A stretch of 63,761 nucleotides of DNA, counting the filler, from Coriobacteriales bacterium (GTDB taxonomy: Bacteria > Actinomycetota > Coriobacteriia > Coriobacteriales > UBA8131): the NCBI GenBank assembly GCA_031263105.1. It is 6 parts of 6 records of this genome, joined end to end, with 100 filler letters (N's around TTAATTAATTAA, not from the genome) between each part and the next. Parts side by side here need not be neighbours in the genome. Positions count along the whole stretch, not along the records: positions 1 to 14,570 come from JAISGJ010000053.1; 5 more parts are not named here. One strand, written 5' to 3'. Below the pieces are notes generated by a model. It was not told the origin of the DNA. It made no database searches and saw only the letters and a list, made by a program, of their open reading frames with translations. A program made the position numbers and the translations under genes. Of the stretch, positions 1 to 13,075 are shown in pieces (positions within the stretch are counted from its first letter, which is position 1; each line of letters opens with the position of its first letter).

Positions 1-57
1 CGGGGGGCAGCCTCGTGTTACCACCCCCCCCCCCCTGCCGGGGACTTTCAAAAACCA

Positions 58-126
58 GAACCGTCCCCACTGACACGAAAAACAGTACCGTCCCCTCTGT
101 CACGAAAGAGCCGTCCCCCCGTGGCC
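58..126. repeat. Three tandem degenerate copies of a 19-bp motif (GAACCGTCCCCACTGACAC-like)
   Basis: GAACCGTCCCCACTGACAC 58-76, GTACCGTCCCCTCTGTCAC 85-103, GAGCCGTCCCCCCGTGGCC 108-126. Confidence 0.7.
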
Positions 127-1048
127 CGGCCTCGAAGCCGCCGACCTTCTCCCCACCTCCTGCACGCTCTGCCCCCGCCGCTGCAGCGCGAACCGCCGGG
201 CGGGGGAGCGGGGCCTCTGCGGCGCGGACGGCACGCTGCGCGTCGCCCGTGCGGCGCTCCACCACTGGGAGGAGCCGCCGGTCTCCGGCAGCAGGGGCAG
301 CGGGACGGTGTTCTTCTCCAACTGCCCGCTGCACTGCGTCTACTGCCAGAACGAGCCGCTCTCCTCAGGGCGTGTGGGACAGGCGGTCACGGCGGGGCGG
401 CTCACGGAGATCTTCCTAGAGCTTGCGGGTCAGGGCGCGCACAACGTCAACCTCGTGACGCCGACGCAGTACGTGCCGCAGATACTGCGTGCGACTGCGG
501 CGGCGCGAGGGCAGGGCTTGGCCGTGCCCGTCGTCTACAACACGGGCGGCTACGAGTCCCTGGAGACCTTGGCGCTGCTCGCCGGCTCCGTGGACGTCTA
601 CCTCACGGACCTCAAGTACGCCTCGCCCTCGCTCGCCGCACGCTACTCCCGGGCGCCCGACTACCCCGAGGTCGCCCTCGCGGCGCTCGGCGCGATGCTC
701 GCCCAGGCGGGCGACTACGCCCTCGACGAGGAGGGCATGGTGCAACGGGGCGTCATCGTGCGCCACCTCATGCTGCCGGGACGCCTCGAGGACTCGAAGG
801 CCGTGCTGGAGGCGGCCTTCGCCGTCGCGGGCAACCGTGCCTGCTACAGCCTCATGAGCCAGTACACGCCCATGCCGACGCCGCAGGGGGCCCCACGCTT
901 CGAGGAGCTCCGGGCGACGGTCACCGAGGACGAGTACAGCGAGCTCGTCGCCTTCGCGCTCGACCTCGGCATCGCCACGAGCTTCATGCAGGAGCCCGCC
1001 TCCGCCGACGACACCTTCGTCCCGCTTTTCGACCTCACAGGGGTGTAG
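122..1048 (+). CDS. PflX-like radical SAM protein (start codon unclear)
   Basis: The frame of ORF 308-1048 extends upstream as CTLCPRRC...RAALHHWEEPPVSG..GSGTVFFSNCPLHCVYCQN (CxxxCxxC). NVNLVTPTQY, YLTDLKY and RGVIVRHLMLPG are typical of PflX. In-frame stop at 71-73 and no ATG/GTG/TTG before the Cys motif. Confidence 0.8.
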   Translation, partial: WPGLEAADLLPTSCTLCPRRCSANRRAGERGLCGADGTLRVARAALHHWEEPPVSGSRGSGTVFFSNCPLHCVYCQNEPLSSGRVGQAVTAGRLTEIFLELAGQGAHNVNLVTPTQYVPQILRATAAARGQGLAVPVVYNTGGYESLETLALLAGSVDVYLTDLKYASPSLAARYSRAPDYPEVALAALGAMLAQAGDYALDEEGMVQRGVIVRHLMLPGRLEDSKAVLEAAFAVAGNRACYSLMSQYTPMPTPQGAPRFEELRATVTEDEYSELVAFALDLGIATSFMQEPASADDTFVPLFDLTGV

Positions 1049-1100
1049 GGGAATCTCCGCGTGTGGCCCTCCGACCCCTCGCTCATACATGCCTTCGACC

Positions 1101-1388
1101 TCATGGGGACTCGACGATCGTGTCGCATTCGAGGCCACGGGCGTCCCGGTAGTGCCAAACAGAGGCGTCTGCGGCTGCGAAGCGCTCCTTCGGAAGGGCC
1201 TTTCTGACACCCGAGAGCAGGGCGGTCTTGCCGGATCCCCGAATGCCGGAGACGATGGTCGTCCGATGTGGGTCATTGGGGCCTTCGAGGCTGTCGAGAA
1301 AACCCCGTATGAGGGAGTCGCGCCCGGTAAAGCAGTCGGGGCGCTTCCCGAACTGGGGGTGAAAGGGGTTGGCCGGCACCGTTTTCAT
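1101..1388 (-). pseudogene. N-terminal fragment of an AAA-type ATP-binding protein
   Basis: NPFHPQFG..P..FTGR and Walker A SGIRGSGKT, but only 95 aa; the family is normally several hundred aa. Confidence 0.7.
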
Positions 1389-1436
1389 AGTTCACCGATG
1401 CTTTCATAATCCTTCATAATCGTCTATCATTCTTTG

Positions 1437-1634
1437 GTTACTGCTCAGACCCCCACTGTCGTTCCGAGCGCAGCGAAGGTCCTTCTCTGCGCTCAGGATA
1501 AACTCCGCCGAGGAATCTTTGGACACGCAGTGTCCAACCGCAGGCCGAGAAACGCTTCTGGCCGCAGTCGACCGCTTGCGCGGTCGAAGATCCCTCGGCA
1601 GGCTCGGGACGACAGTGGGGGTGCGAACAGTAAC
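1437..1634. mobile_element. Palindromic MITE/REP-like element, copy 1
   Basis: GTTACTGCTCAGACCCCCACTGTCGTTCCGAGC...GCTCGGGACGACAGTGGGGGTGCGAACAGTAAC; flanks share only 4/8 nt. Confidence 0.9.
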
Positions 1635-1932
1635 ATTCACAACTTATGGTTCACTATGGTGTCAAAAATCTCATTCTGACACCGCCCGAACCGCGCTAAG
1701 ATACGTATGTCTGACTTTTACGTCGTCTCGAACGGGGAAGGCCGCCATGCGGTGCGCCTTTGTGAAACAGCACGATGCGACGTATGGAAGAAGCGGTAGG
1801 GCAATGCCTCCGGATACCGTCTTTTCGATGCAAGGGCTTCTTTACTTAGTGCGCTTTAGGGATGTGCTGCCATGAACGAGGCGCTGAAGGTGTTCCTGCC
1901 ACCTCCGTCTCCTTCAGGGAGGACGGCGGCGA

Positions 1933-2233
1933 CATGGCCTTCTCCCTCAACCGGGGAGAGGCCCTGCCCGGGAAGGTCGAGGTAGAGCTGGCGGATCCCC
2001 GCCTGGACAGGGCGCGCCTCTACCTCCTCAACCCGAGCACAGGGGCCTACCAGGAGCTCGCCAGCAAGACGGGCCCCGCCCTCGTGCTCGACGAGCCGGG
2101 CGAGTACCGCCTGACCGACGAGGAGATCGGCGCACTCACGATCGAGCCGCTCCTGGCAGCGGCGGCAGCCCTCGCCATCCTCGTGGGCGTCGCCCTGTTC
2201 GTCGCCTTCAGGCGGAGGTACCGGTTCTGGTAA
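1933..2233 (+). pseudogene. C-terminal fragment of a membrane-anchored protein ending RRRYRFW
   Basis: High-GC3 coding signal from ~1900, a C-terminal TM helix and basic tail, and no plausible full N-terminus. Confidence 0.5.
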
Positions 2234-2349
2234 GCTCTATAAAACCGACTGGCTCGTCGAGGCCCTTGCGAGCTTTGCAAGGGCCAAAGGCATCGTTGGT
2301 GGGCTTTGCGACTGCGGAGACAGTCTCCCATGTCGGCCCAGGTGCCGTC

Positions 2350-2517
2350 GTTACTGTTCACGCCCACTGTCATTCCGAGCGCAGCGAAGCGAAGCCGAGG
2401 AATCTTTGGGCGCGTCAGCGCCCGACCGGGCCAGTCGGGCACTGCGTGCCCGAGGATTCTCACGCTGTGCGCCCTTGCGGGCGCTCCGCTCAGAATGACA
2501 GTGGTGCGAACAGTAAC
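2350..2517. mobile_element. Palindromic MITE copy 2 (variant interior)
   Basis: GTTACTGTTCACGCCCACTGTCATTCCGAGC...GCTCAGAATGACAGTGGTGCGAACAGTAAC. Confidence 0.9.
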
Positions 2518-2642
2518 CGACAGCCGCATAGGAGGTACTGGTTCTGGTGAATGAGGGCTCGGGTGGCATCCGAAATAGTGTATCATGAGGGCACAAAGGG
2601 GCCGACGGCCCAGGTGAACGGGTAGACGGATGAGGAGGGGCC

Positions 2643-3833
2643 ATGAGAAGCGCTGTTGCAACTGTCCATGAGTTCGACGATGTGAGCGGGGCCGCGCGCG
2701 CGTTGCTCGACGCGGTCGAGGGACAGGTCGTGCTCCAGGAGCATTCCCTCGGCATCCTGTGGTGCGACGCCGATGCCGACGGGGCGGCCATAAGCGCCGA
2801 GATCGAGCGCGTGAGCGGCATCCCGGTCGCGGGCATGACCTCCTTGGCGCTGTTCTCGACGGAGGGCTACCAGGAGGGCGCCGTCGTCCTGACGGTGCTC
2901 ACCTCCGACGACGTCCGCTTCACCCTTGCGGCGACCGCACCGTTCGACGACTCCTACGAGCAGGAGATCGCCGACGTCTATCAACGGCTCCTGCCTGCCG
3001 ACGCGGCGCCCGACGAGCGCCCGGCGCTCATGTTCGCCTTCTGCCCGAACGGCATGCCCTTCTCGGGGGACAAGTACGCCGACATACTCGGTGCGCTCTC
3101 GGGCAACGCCCCCATCATCGGCGGCGTGAGCTCGGACGACTACGACTACGAGCGGGCCCGCGTGTTCCTGCGGGGCGAGGAGCACAGGGACGCGCTGGTC
3201 TGCGCCTGCGTCTGGGGCGAGGTCAGGCCGGTCTTCGCCATCCGCCACGTCACCTCGCAGTTCGCCGAGCGCATCCGGCGCGTCGCCGAGGCGAAGGACA
3301 ACCTGGTCTACCGCGTGGGCGACGAGACCTTCGTCGAGTACCTCGAGGGCTTCGGCCTGCGCACCGACGTCCCCGACCCGCTCGTGTCCTTCACCCAGTA
3401 CCCGATGATGCTCACGCAGGAGGACGGCGACGACGAGACGCCGATCATGCGCCATATCGCCGGCCTCGACCTCGAGACCGGCATGGGGACCTTCATAGCC
3501 GACGTCCCCGTCGGCGCACAGGCGAACATCTGCCTCGTGGGGCGCGACGACCTCAAGGTGTCCGCGCGCGAGTCCATGGACATCCTGCTCAAGAAGATGG
3601 GGGAGCAGACCGGGTACGAGTACTCCGCCGTCATCTGCATATCGTGCGGCGGCCGCGCCCTCATCCTGGGGAACGACGCCGATGCCGAGGGCACCATCCT
3701 GACCGGGATGCTCCCGGGGCGCATGACGCTCAGCGGCGCCTATGGCCTCGGGGAGCTGTGCCCCACCCGCTATGCCGACGGCGTGGCCACGAACCGCTTC
3801 CACAACTGCTCGATAACATTCTGCGCGCTGTAG
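2643..3833 (+). CDS. FIST N/C domain sensory protein (NosP-like)
   Basis: 396 aa with PIIGGVSSD, ISCGGR, GAYGLGELCP and FHNCSITF motifs of FIST_N/FIST_C; GAGGAGG RBS. Confidence 0.85.
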   Translation: MRSAVATVHEFDDVSGAARALLDAVEGQVVLQEHSLGILWCDADADGAAISAEIERVSGIPVAGMTSLALFSTEGYQEGAVVLTVLTSDDVRFTLAATAPFDDSYEQEIADVYQRLLPADAAPDERPALMFAFCPNGMPFSGDKYADILGALSGNAPIIGGVSSDDYDYERARVFLRGEEHRDALVCACVWGEVRPVFAIRHVTSQFAERIRRVAEAKDNLVYRVGDETFVEYLEGFGLRTDVPDPLVSFTQYPMMLTQEDGDDETPIMRHIAGLDLETGMGTFIADVPVGAQANICLVGRDDLKVSARESMDILLKKMGEQTGYEYSAVICISCGGRALILGNDADAEGTILTGMLPGRMTLSGAYGLGELCPTRYADGVATNRFHNCSITFCAL

Positions 3834-3840
3834 GGGCAGG

Positions 3841-5631
3841 GTGCGGGACGTGACGGCAGGACAGGAGACGCCGGAGGGCCGTACCGCCCCTCCCGATGCC
3901 CAGGAGGGCGCGGCCGAGCGCGAGCTCGTGAGGCTCCAGCGCCAGTACCGGAGGCTCGAGCGCAACTATAACGCCCTGGTCCTCATGCGGGAGCAGAACG
4001 AGCGCCTGCAGGCGCTCAACGACCAGGCAAAGGAGCTCTCGGACTTCTACAACCGCCTCCTGCTGAAGAACAGCTCCAGCATAACCTTCATGCTCGACAC
4101 CGACATGCTCTTTGCCCTGGGAAGCGACATGACGGCGGGCCTTTTGGGCTATGCGGACTCCCGGGAGATGGTGGGCCTGCCCTTCGCCAACGTCTTCGCG
4201 CGCTCCTTCCCCCAGGAGTGGATAGACTCGATGGCCGCACGGAGCAGGGAGGTCATGGCGACGGGGGCGGGGGTCTCCTCGGAGGGGGAGGTGACGCTCA
4301 ACGACGGGCAGGCCCTCGTCTTCCGCATGAGCGTCACGCCCGCGCAGGAGAAGGACGGCGTCTGCAGGGGCGTGGTCATCGTCATGGTGAACGTGACCGA
4401 GCTGATAGAGGCCACGAAGGCCGCGAAGGCCGCAAGCCTCGCGAAGGGCGAGTTCCTCTCCAACATGAGCCACGAGATGCGCACGCCGCTCAACGCCATC
4501 ATCGGCATGACCAGCATCGGGCGTGCGGCCGGCGACATCGAGAAGAAGGAGTACTGCCTCGACAGGATCGAGGACGCATCGCGGCACCTGTTGGGGGTCA
4601 TCAACGACATCCTCGACATGTCGAAGATAGAGGCCCAGAAGTTCACGCTCAGCGAGGCGGACTTCGCCTTTGCGAGGATGCTGCAACAGGTGATGACGCT
4701 CAACGGGCCGAGGGCGACCGAGCGGGAGCAGGTCTTCGAGGTGTCGGTGGACCCTGCGATACCAAGGTGCCTGCGGGGCGACGACCAGCGCCTTGCACAG
4801 GTCGTCACGAACCTCCTCTCCAACGCGATGAAGTTCACGCCCGAGGGGGGCGGCATCGAGCTTGGGGTGCGCCTGCTCGAGAGGGATGCGGCGCGCTGCA
4901 TGCTCGAGTTCCGGGTGTCAGACAGCGGCATCGGCATCAGCCCCGAGCAGCAGACCCTGCTGTTCGGCTCGTTCCAGCAGGCCGACACGAGCATAACGCG
5001 CCGCTTCGGCGGCACGGGCCTGGGGCTTGCCATCTCGAGGCAGATAGTCACCATGATGGGCGGCGAGATCTGGTTGGAAAGCGAGTTGGGGAAGGGTTCC
5101 ACCTTCTTCTTCACCGTCTCGCTGGGCGTGGGCGACGAGGCGGGGGCGGGCATGCGGAAAGACGCCGCCGAGGGCCACGACGGCTCCGGCGCCGCCGACG
5201 GCTCCGGCACCGCCCCTCACCCCCTTGGAGGGCCTGACGTGCAGGGCCGTTTCAAGGGCAGGACCCTTCTGCTCGCCGAGGACGTCGAGGTCAACCGCGA
5301 GATCGTGAACGCGCTTCTGGAGCCGACGGGCATCGGCATCGTCGAAGCGGCCAACGGTGCGGAGGCGGTGCGCCTGTTCTCCGGGGACCCCGGGCGCTTC
5401 GGGCTCATCTTCATGGACGTCCAGATGCCCGAGATGGACGGGCTGGAGGCGACGCGCACGATCCGTGCGATGGAGTCGCCTTGGGCACGCGACGTCCCCA
5501 TCGTCGCCATGACGGCCAACGTCTTCCGCGAGGACATCGAGCGGTGCCTCGCGGCCGGGATGGACGACCACGTGGGCAAGCCCCTCGACCTCGCCGAGGT
5601 CCTCGACAAGATGGGGCGTTATCTGGCCTGA
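3841..5631 (+). CDS. Cytoplasmic hybrid histidine kinase (coiled coil-PAS-HisKA-HATPase-REC)
   Basis: FLSNMSHEMRTPLN H-box, NLLSNAMKFT, DSGIG, GGTGLGL; REC domain LLAEDVEVN...FMDVQMPEMDG. Confidence 0.92.
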   Translation: MRDVTAGQETPEGRTAPPDAQEGAAERELVRLQRQYRRLERNYNALVLMREQNERLQALNDQAKELSDFYNRLLLKNSSSITFMLDTDMLFALGSDMTAGLLGYADSREMVGLPFANVFARSFPQEWIDSMAARSREVMATGAGVSSEGEVTLNDGQALVFRMSVTPAQEKDGVCRGVVIVMVNVTELIEATKAAKAASLAKGEFLSNMSHEMRTPLNAIIGMTSIGRAAGDIEKKEYCLDRIEDASRHLLGVINDILDMSKIEAQKFTLSEADFAFARMLQQVMTLNGPRATEREQVFEVSVDPAIPRCLRGDDQRLAQVVTNLLSNAMKFTPEGGGIELGVRLLERDAARCMLEFRVSDSGIGISPEQQTLLFGSFQQADTSITRRFGGTGLGLAISRQIVTMMGGEIWLESELGKGSTFFFTVSLGVGDEAGAGMRKDAAEGHDGSGAADGSGTAPHPLGGPDVQGRFKGRTLLLAEDVEVNREIVNALLEPTGIGIVEAANGAEAVRLFSGDPGRFGLIFMDVQMPEMDGLEATRTIRAMESPWARDVPIVAMTANVFREDIERCLAAGMDDHVGKPLDLAEVLDKMGRYLA

Positions 5632-5672
5632 CCCCCCCCCCTGCTCCCCTTACTCACAGAAGCTGTCCGCGA

Positions 5673-5781
5673 GTTACTGTACACACCCCTACTGTCATTC
5701 CGAGCGCAGCCGAGGAATCTTCATGGGACCCAAGGATTCCTCGGCTGCGCTCGGAATGACAGTAGGGGTGTGTACAGTAAC
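5673..5781. mobile_element. Palindromic MITE copy 3 (minimal form, perfect 47-bp arms)
   Basis: 47-bp perfect inverted repeat with a 15-nt loop; flanks GTCCGCGA / GTCCGTGA (7/8 TSD). Confidence 0.95.
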
Positions 5782-5821
5782 GTCCGTGAAGTGACATCTT
5801 CGTAACGCCGCGTGATAAAAC

Positions 5822-5850
5822 TTGACAGTCTATGACTTAGATTTTATGCT
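5822..5850 (+). promoter_or_regulatory. Sigma70-type promoter of the dnaK operon
   Basis: TTGACA-N17-TATGCT, ~90 bp upstream of the dnaK start. Confidence 0.7.
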
Positions 5851-5939
5851 ACATGACATGATAAGCGAATCCGTTTGCGCCGGACGTGCGAGGCAGCACG
5901 GGGCGGCAGGGTTCCTAGAGCGGAAAGGACTGGCACACT

Positions 5940-7862
5940 ATGGCAAAGATCTTGGGAATCGACTTGGGGACCACCAACTCGGCGATGGCGGTCATGGAAG
6001 GCGGCGAGCCGACCATCATAGTCAACGCGGAGGGCGACCGCACGACCCCCTCCGTCGTCGGCTTCCGCAAGGACGGGGAGCGGGTCGTCGGAAAGGCCGC
6101 CAAGAACCAGGCGGTCACCAATCCCGAGAACACGGTCTCCTCCATAAAGCGCTTCATAGGGCGCGACTACAGGGAGACCTCGGCCGAGCGCGACACCATC
6201 AGCTACAAGGTCAAGAACGGCAAGGACGGCCGCGTGCTCGTCGACATCGAGGGCAAGGACTTCACCCCCGAGGAGATCAGCGCGATGGTGCTGCAGAAGC
6301 TGAAGTCCGACGCGGAGAAGTACACCGGCTCCCCCATCAGCCAGGCGGTCATCACCGTGCCCGCCTACTTCAACGACTCCCAGCGCCAGGCGACCAAGGA
6401 CGCGGGCCGCATCGCCGGCCTCGAGGTCCTGCGCATCATCAACGAGCCCACGGCGGCGTCGCTGGCCTATGGGCTCGACAAGGCGGGCCAGGACGAGAAG
6501 ATACTCGTCTTCGACCTCGGCGGCGGCACCTTCGACGTGAGCGTGCTCGAGATATCCGACGGCGTCTTCGAGGTGCTCTCCACCTCGGGGGACAACCACC
6601 TCGGCGGCGACGACTGGGACCAGCGCGTCATCAAGTGGCTCGCCGAGAAGTTCCAGGCGGACACGGGCATCGACCTGCGCGTCGACAAGATGGCGCTCCA
6701 GCGCCTCAAGGAGGCCGCCGAGAAGGCGAAGATGGAGCTCTCCTCGACCCAGCAGACCAACATCAACCTGCCGTTCATCACGGCCGACGCGAACGGGCCG
6801 AAGCACCTCGACCTCACCCTGACCCGCACGGAGTTCGAGAAGGTCACCGACGATCTGCTCCAGCGCTGCAGGAAGCCCGTCGAGACCGCGCTCAAGGACG
6901 CTGGCCTCAAGATCGGCGAGGTCGCCGAGGTCATCCTCGTCGGCGGCTCCACCCGCATGCCAGCCGTCCAGGAGCTCGTGAAGAGGCTCACGGGCAAGGA
7001 CCCCAACATGAGCGTCAACCCCGACGAGGTCGTCGCGCTCGGCGCCGCCATCCAGGCGGGCGTGCTCGCAGGCGACGTCGAGGGCATCCTGCTGCTCGAC
7101 GTGACCCCGCTCTCGCTCGGCGTCGAGACCATGGGCGGCGTCATGACCCGGATGATCGAGCGCAACACCACCATCCCCACGCGCAAGACGGAGATATACT
7201 CGACCGCCTCCGACGGGCAGACCTCGGTGGAGATCCACGTGCTTCAAGGCGAGCGCGAGATGGCCGCAGGCAACAAGACCCTCGGCAAGTTCCACCTCAC
7301 GGACATCCCGCCCGCGCCGCGCGGCATCCCGCAGATCGAGGTCACCTTCGACATCGACGCGAACGGCATCGTCAACGTCAGCGCGAAGGACAAGGGCACG
7401 GGCAAGGAGCAGAAGATCACCATCTCCGGCTCCACGGCGCTCTCCGACGACGAGGTCGACCGCATGGTGAAGGACGCGGAGTCCCACGCCGAGGAGGACG
7501 CGGCGCGCAAGACGGAGGTCGAGGTCCGCAACAACGCGGACAGCCTCGTCTACTCCACGGAAAAGACCCTGGCAGACCTCGGCGATAAGGTCCCCGAGGA
7601 CACGAAGGCATCCGTCAACGAGGGCATCGAGGGCCTGAAGAAGGCGCTCGAAGGCTCCGACCTCGAAGCCGTCAAGTCCGAGACCGAGAAGCTCCAACAG
7701 CTCGGCTACAAGCTGGCCGAGATCGTCTACCAGGACGTCCAGGCCGCCTCCGAGGGCGGGCAGGCCGCCCCCTCCGGCACCGACGCCGGCGCGGATGCGG
7801 GGGATGTGGTCGAGGCCGACTACGAGGTCGTGGACGCCGAGCCCGAGTCCGAGGGCAAGTGA
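5940..7862 (+). CDS. dnaK: Chaperone DnaK
   Basis: [37 protein letters not shown]. Confidence 0.99.
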   Translation: MAKILGIDLGTTNSAMAVMEGGEPTIIVNAEGDRTTPSVVGFRKDGERVVGKAAKNQAVTNPENTVSSIKRFIGRDYRETSAERDTISYKVKNGKDGRVLVDIEGKDFTPEEISAMVLQKLKSDAEKYTGSPISQAVITVPAYFNDSQRQATKDAGRIAGLEVLRIINEPTAASLAYGLDKAGQDEKILVFDLGGGTFDVSVLEISDGVFEVLSTSGDNHLGGDDWDQRVIKWLAEKFQADTGIDLRVDKMALQRLKEAAEKAKMELSSTQQTNINLPFITADANGPKHLDLTLTRTEFEKVTDDLLQRCRKPVETALKDAGLKIGEVAEVILVGGSTRMPAVQELVKRLTGKDPNMSVNPDEVVALGAAIQAGVLAGDVEGILLLDVTPLSLGVETMGGVMTRMIERNTTIPTRKTEIYSTASDGQTSVEIHVLQGEREMAAGNKTLGKFHLTDIPPAPRGIPQIEVTFDIDANGIVNVSAKDKGTGKEQKITISGSTALSDDEVDRMVKDAESHAEEDAARKTEVEVRNNADSLVYSTEKTLADLGDKVPEDTKASVNEGIEGLKKALEGSDLEAVKSETEKLQQLGYKLAEIVYQDVQAASEGGQAAPSGTDAGADAGDVVEADYEVVDAEPESEGK

Positions 7863-7864
7863 CC

Positions 7865-8605
7865 ATGGCCGCACGGAAGACGCCGGGCCCCGGCGCACGG
7901 GGCGCCGATGCCTTCTTCGAGGTCGGCCCTTTGGCCGGCCCCGGGGAGGCCGAGGCGGTCGAGGCCGCCTGGGCTGCGAAGGAGGCAACGGAGGGCGCGG
8001 CCGCCACGGACGTCGCCGACAGCGGCGCCGCCTCCGCCGACGGGCCCTCCGAGGAGCCCTGTGGCGCAGGACAGGGGGCCGCAGAGGCCCAGCCGGGCAC
8101 CGAGGGGCAGACCGACCCCCTCGCCCAGGCCCAGGCCGAGGCCCAGGACCTGCGCGACCGCCTCGCGCGCCTGCAGGCGGAGTGGGACAACTTCCGCAAG
8201 CGCACGGCAGCCGAGCGCGCACAGGAACGCGCCCGCGCGACGGAGCGGCTCGTCGAGCGCCTGCTCCCCATTGTCGACGACCTCGAGCGGGCGGCGGCGC
8301 ACTCCGGGACCGCCGACGCGGCCTCTCTCCGGGAGGGCATCGCCGCGGTCCACGCCAAGCTCTCCGAGGCCTTCGAGCGCGAGGGGGTCCAGACGATAGA
8401 CCCCAAGGGCGAGCCCTTCGACGCGAACCTCCATCAGGCCGTCGGCAAGGAGGAGGACGCGTCGGTGCCCGACGAGACCGTGACCCAGGTCTACCAGAAG
8501 GGCTACGGCATGGGCGACCGCGTGCTGCGCAGCGCCATGGTGGTCGTCTCCCAGGGCGGCCCCCGGCGCGAGGCCCAGGAGGAGGGGACGGAGGAGACGA
8601 GATAG
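7865..8605 (+). CDS. grpE: Nucleotide exchange factor GrpE with long acidic N-terminus
   Basis: [37 protein letters not shown]...[10 protein letters not shown]; follows dnaK. Confidence 0.95.
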   Translation: MAARKTPGPGARGADAFFEVGPLAGPGEAEAVEAAWAAKEATEGAAATDVADSGAASADGPSEEPCGAGQGAAEAQPGTEGQTDPLAQAQAEAQDLRDRLARLQAEWDNFRKRTAAERAQERARATERLVERLLPIVDDLERAAAHSGTADAASLREGIAAVHAKLSEAFEREGVQTIDPKGEPFDANLHQAVGKEEDASVPDETVTQVYQKGYGMGDRVLRSAMVVVSQGGPRREAQEEGTEETR

Positions 8606-8642
8606 ACGAAAGAGACGACACGGAAAAAGGAGGTGCGAGGCC

Positions 8643-9791
8643 ATGGTAGCGGAGAAGGACTATTACAAGGTCCTGGGCGTGAAGGCGGACGCCTCCACCG
8701 ATGAGATAAAGAAGGCCTTCAAGAAGCTCGCGCGCAAGCATCACCCCGACGCGGGCGGCGACGAGGCGCGCTTCAAGGACGTCAGCGAGGCATACGAGGT
8801 GCTCTCCGACAAGGGGAAGCGCGAGGAGTACGACAACTTCCTTAGGTTCGGCGGCATCGGCGGCGGCGCGGCCGGCGGCGGCCCCTTCCCCTGGGGCAGC
8901 GGCCCAGGTGGCCAGGGCGGCCAAGGCGGTTGGCGCACGGTCGTCACCGACTTCGCCGAGGGCGGCGGCTTCGGGAGCATCTTCGAGCGCATCCGGCAGG
9001 GGGAGGGCGCCTTCGGCACCGACTGGGAGTTCCCCCAGCGGGCCGAGAAGGGGCGCGACGTGCAGGTGACGCTCCTGCTCAGTTTCGAGGAGGCCTTCGA
9101 GGGCGTCGAGAAGTCCGTGACGGTGAAGGCGGGCGCGGGCACCGTGCAGGAGATCGACGTCAAGGTCCCTGCCGGCGCCATCGAGGGCGGCCGTCTCCGC
9201 TACAAGGGGCGCGGGGGCGAGGGCGCCCATGGCGGCGCGCGCGGCGACCTCGTGATCGTCACCTCCCTCAAGGAGCATGCGCTGTACAGCCGCAAAGGCG
9301 CCGACGTGCACCTTGTGCTCCCCCTCGGCGTGTCCGAGGCCTTGTTGGGCACGCAGGTCGTGGTGCCCGCGCCCGACGGGTCGAAGGTCAGGCTCCGCAT
9401 ACCTGCGGGCACGCAGGAGGGCAGGACCTTCGTCGTCCGGGGCAAGGGCGCGCCCCGTGTGAAGGGGAAGGGCACAGGCGATCTCAAGGTCAAGGCGCAC
9501 ATCGCCCTGCCCAAGACGCTCAACGCATCCCAGCGGGCGGCCCTCGAGGCCTTCGCGGCCGCATCCGACCCTGCGGGCGCAGACATCCGCCCGGCGATCG
9601 TCGCTGCGACCGCCGGCGCGCCTGCCGCCCCGGGCACGGCGGCGGAGGCGGCGAGCAAGGCGGGTGCTGCCGCAGCTGCAGGGGCGCCCGCGCCCGCCGA
9701 GGCACCCGCCGCCCCGGCCGGGGCGGCCGCGACAGGTTCTGCCCCGCCCTTCTCCCCAACGCAGAAGGAGGTGCCCGATGGCCCCGAATGA
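8643..9791 (+). CDS. dnaJ: DnaJ (class B, no zinc finger) with Ala/Pro-rich tail
   Basis: J domain KDYYKVLGV...HHPD, G/F-rich region and DnaJ_C domain. Confidence 0.93.
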   Translation: MVAEKDYYKVLGVKADASTDEIKKAFKKLARKHHPDAGGDEARFKDVSEAYEVLSDKGKREEYDNFLRFGGIGGGAAGGGPFPWGSGPGGQGGQGGWRTVVTDFAEGGGFGSIFERIRQGEGAFGTDWEFPQRAEKGRDVQVTLLLSFEEAFEGVEKSVTVKAGAGTVQEIDVKVPAGAIEGGRLRYKGRGGEGAHGGARGDLVIVTSLKEHALYSRKGADVHLVLPLGVSEALLGTQVVVPAPDGSKVRLRIPAGTQEGRTFVVRGKGAPRVKGKGTGDLKVKAHIALPKTLNASQRAALEAFAAASDPAGADIRPAIVAATAGAPAAPGTAAEAASKAGAAAAAGAPAPAEAPAAPAGAAATGSAPPFSPTQKEVPDGPE

Positions 9792-10164
9792 CCGCGACCG
9801 CCCGCTCTACATGATCAGCGTGGCGGCCGAGCTTGCGGGCGTCCATCCGCAGACCCTGCGCATCTACGAGAGCAAGGGCCTCGTGATGCCGCAGCGCTCG
9901 GCGGGCAACACGCGCCTGTACTCGCAGGCCGACCTCGAGCAGCTCGAGCTGATAGGCCAGCTGACGAGCGAGGGCATCAACCTCGCAGGCGTCATGCGGA
10001 TAATCGACCTGCAGCGGCGGCTTGCGCGCAAGGAGGAGGAGGCCGCCGCGCTCAGGCGCCGCCTCGGCCGCCTCGAGGCGCGGCTCCACGAGTACGAGAT
10101 GCGCCAACAGATAACCGCGTTGGCCCACAGCAGCAGCCAGGCGATCCGTCTTTGGCATGGATGA
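9778..10164 (+). CDS. hspR: Heat-shock repressor HspR (MerR family)
   Basis: [22 protein letters not shown]...GNTRLYS...EGINLAGV; position after dnaJ. Confidence 0.93.
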   Translation: MAPNDRDRPLYMISVAAELAGVHPQTLRIYESKGLVMPQRSAGNTRLYSQADLEQLELIGQLTSEGINLAGVMRIIDLQRRLARKEEEAAALRRRLGRLEARLHEYEMRQQITALAHSSSQAIRLWHG

Positions 10165-10176
10165 GAGGGAGAGAGC

Positions 10177-13020
<2,844 letters not shown>

Positions 13021-13075
13021 AATACCAAGGAATACCGAAGACACTGTCTGCAAGACCTGATTGGAAGGGGAAGTC

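Noticed and set aside
5821..5841. HspR operator (HAIR) at the dnaK promoter
   Set aside because: CTTGACA-N7-ACTTAGA matches CTTGAGT-N7-ACTCAAG only partially and overlaps the -35 box; plausible but not supportable.
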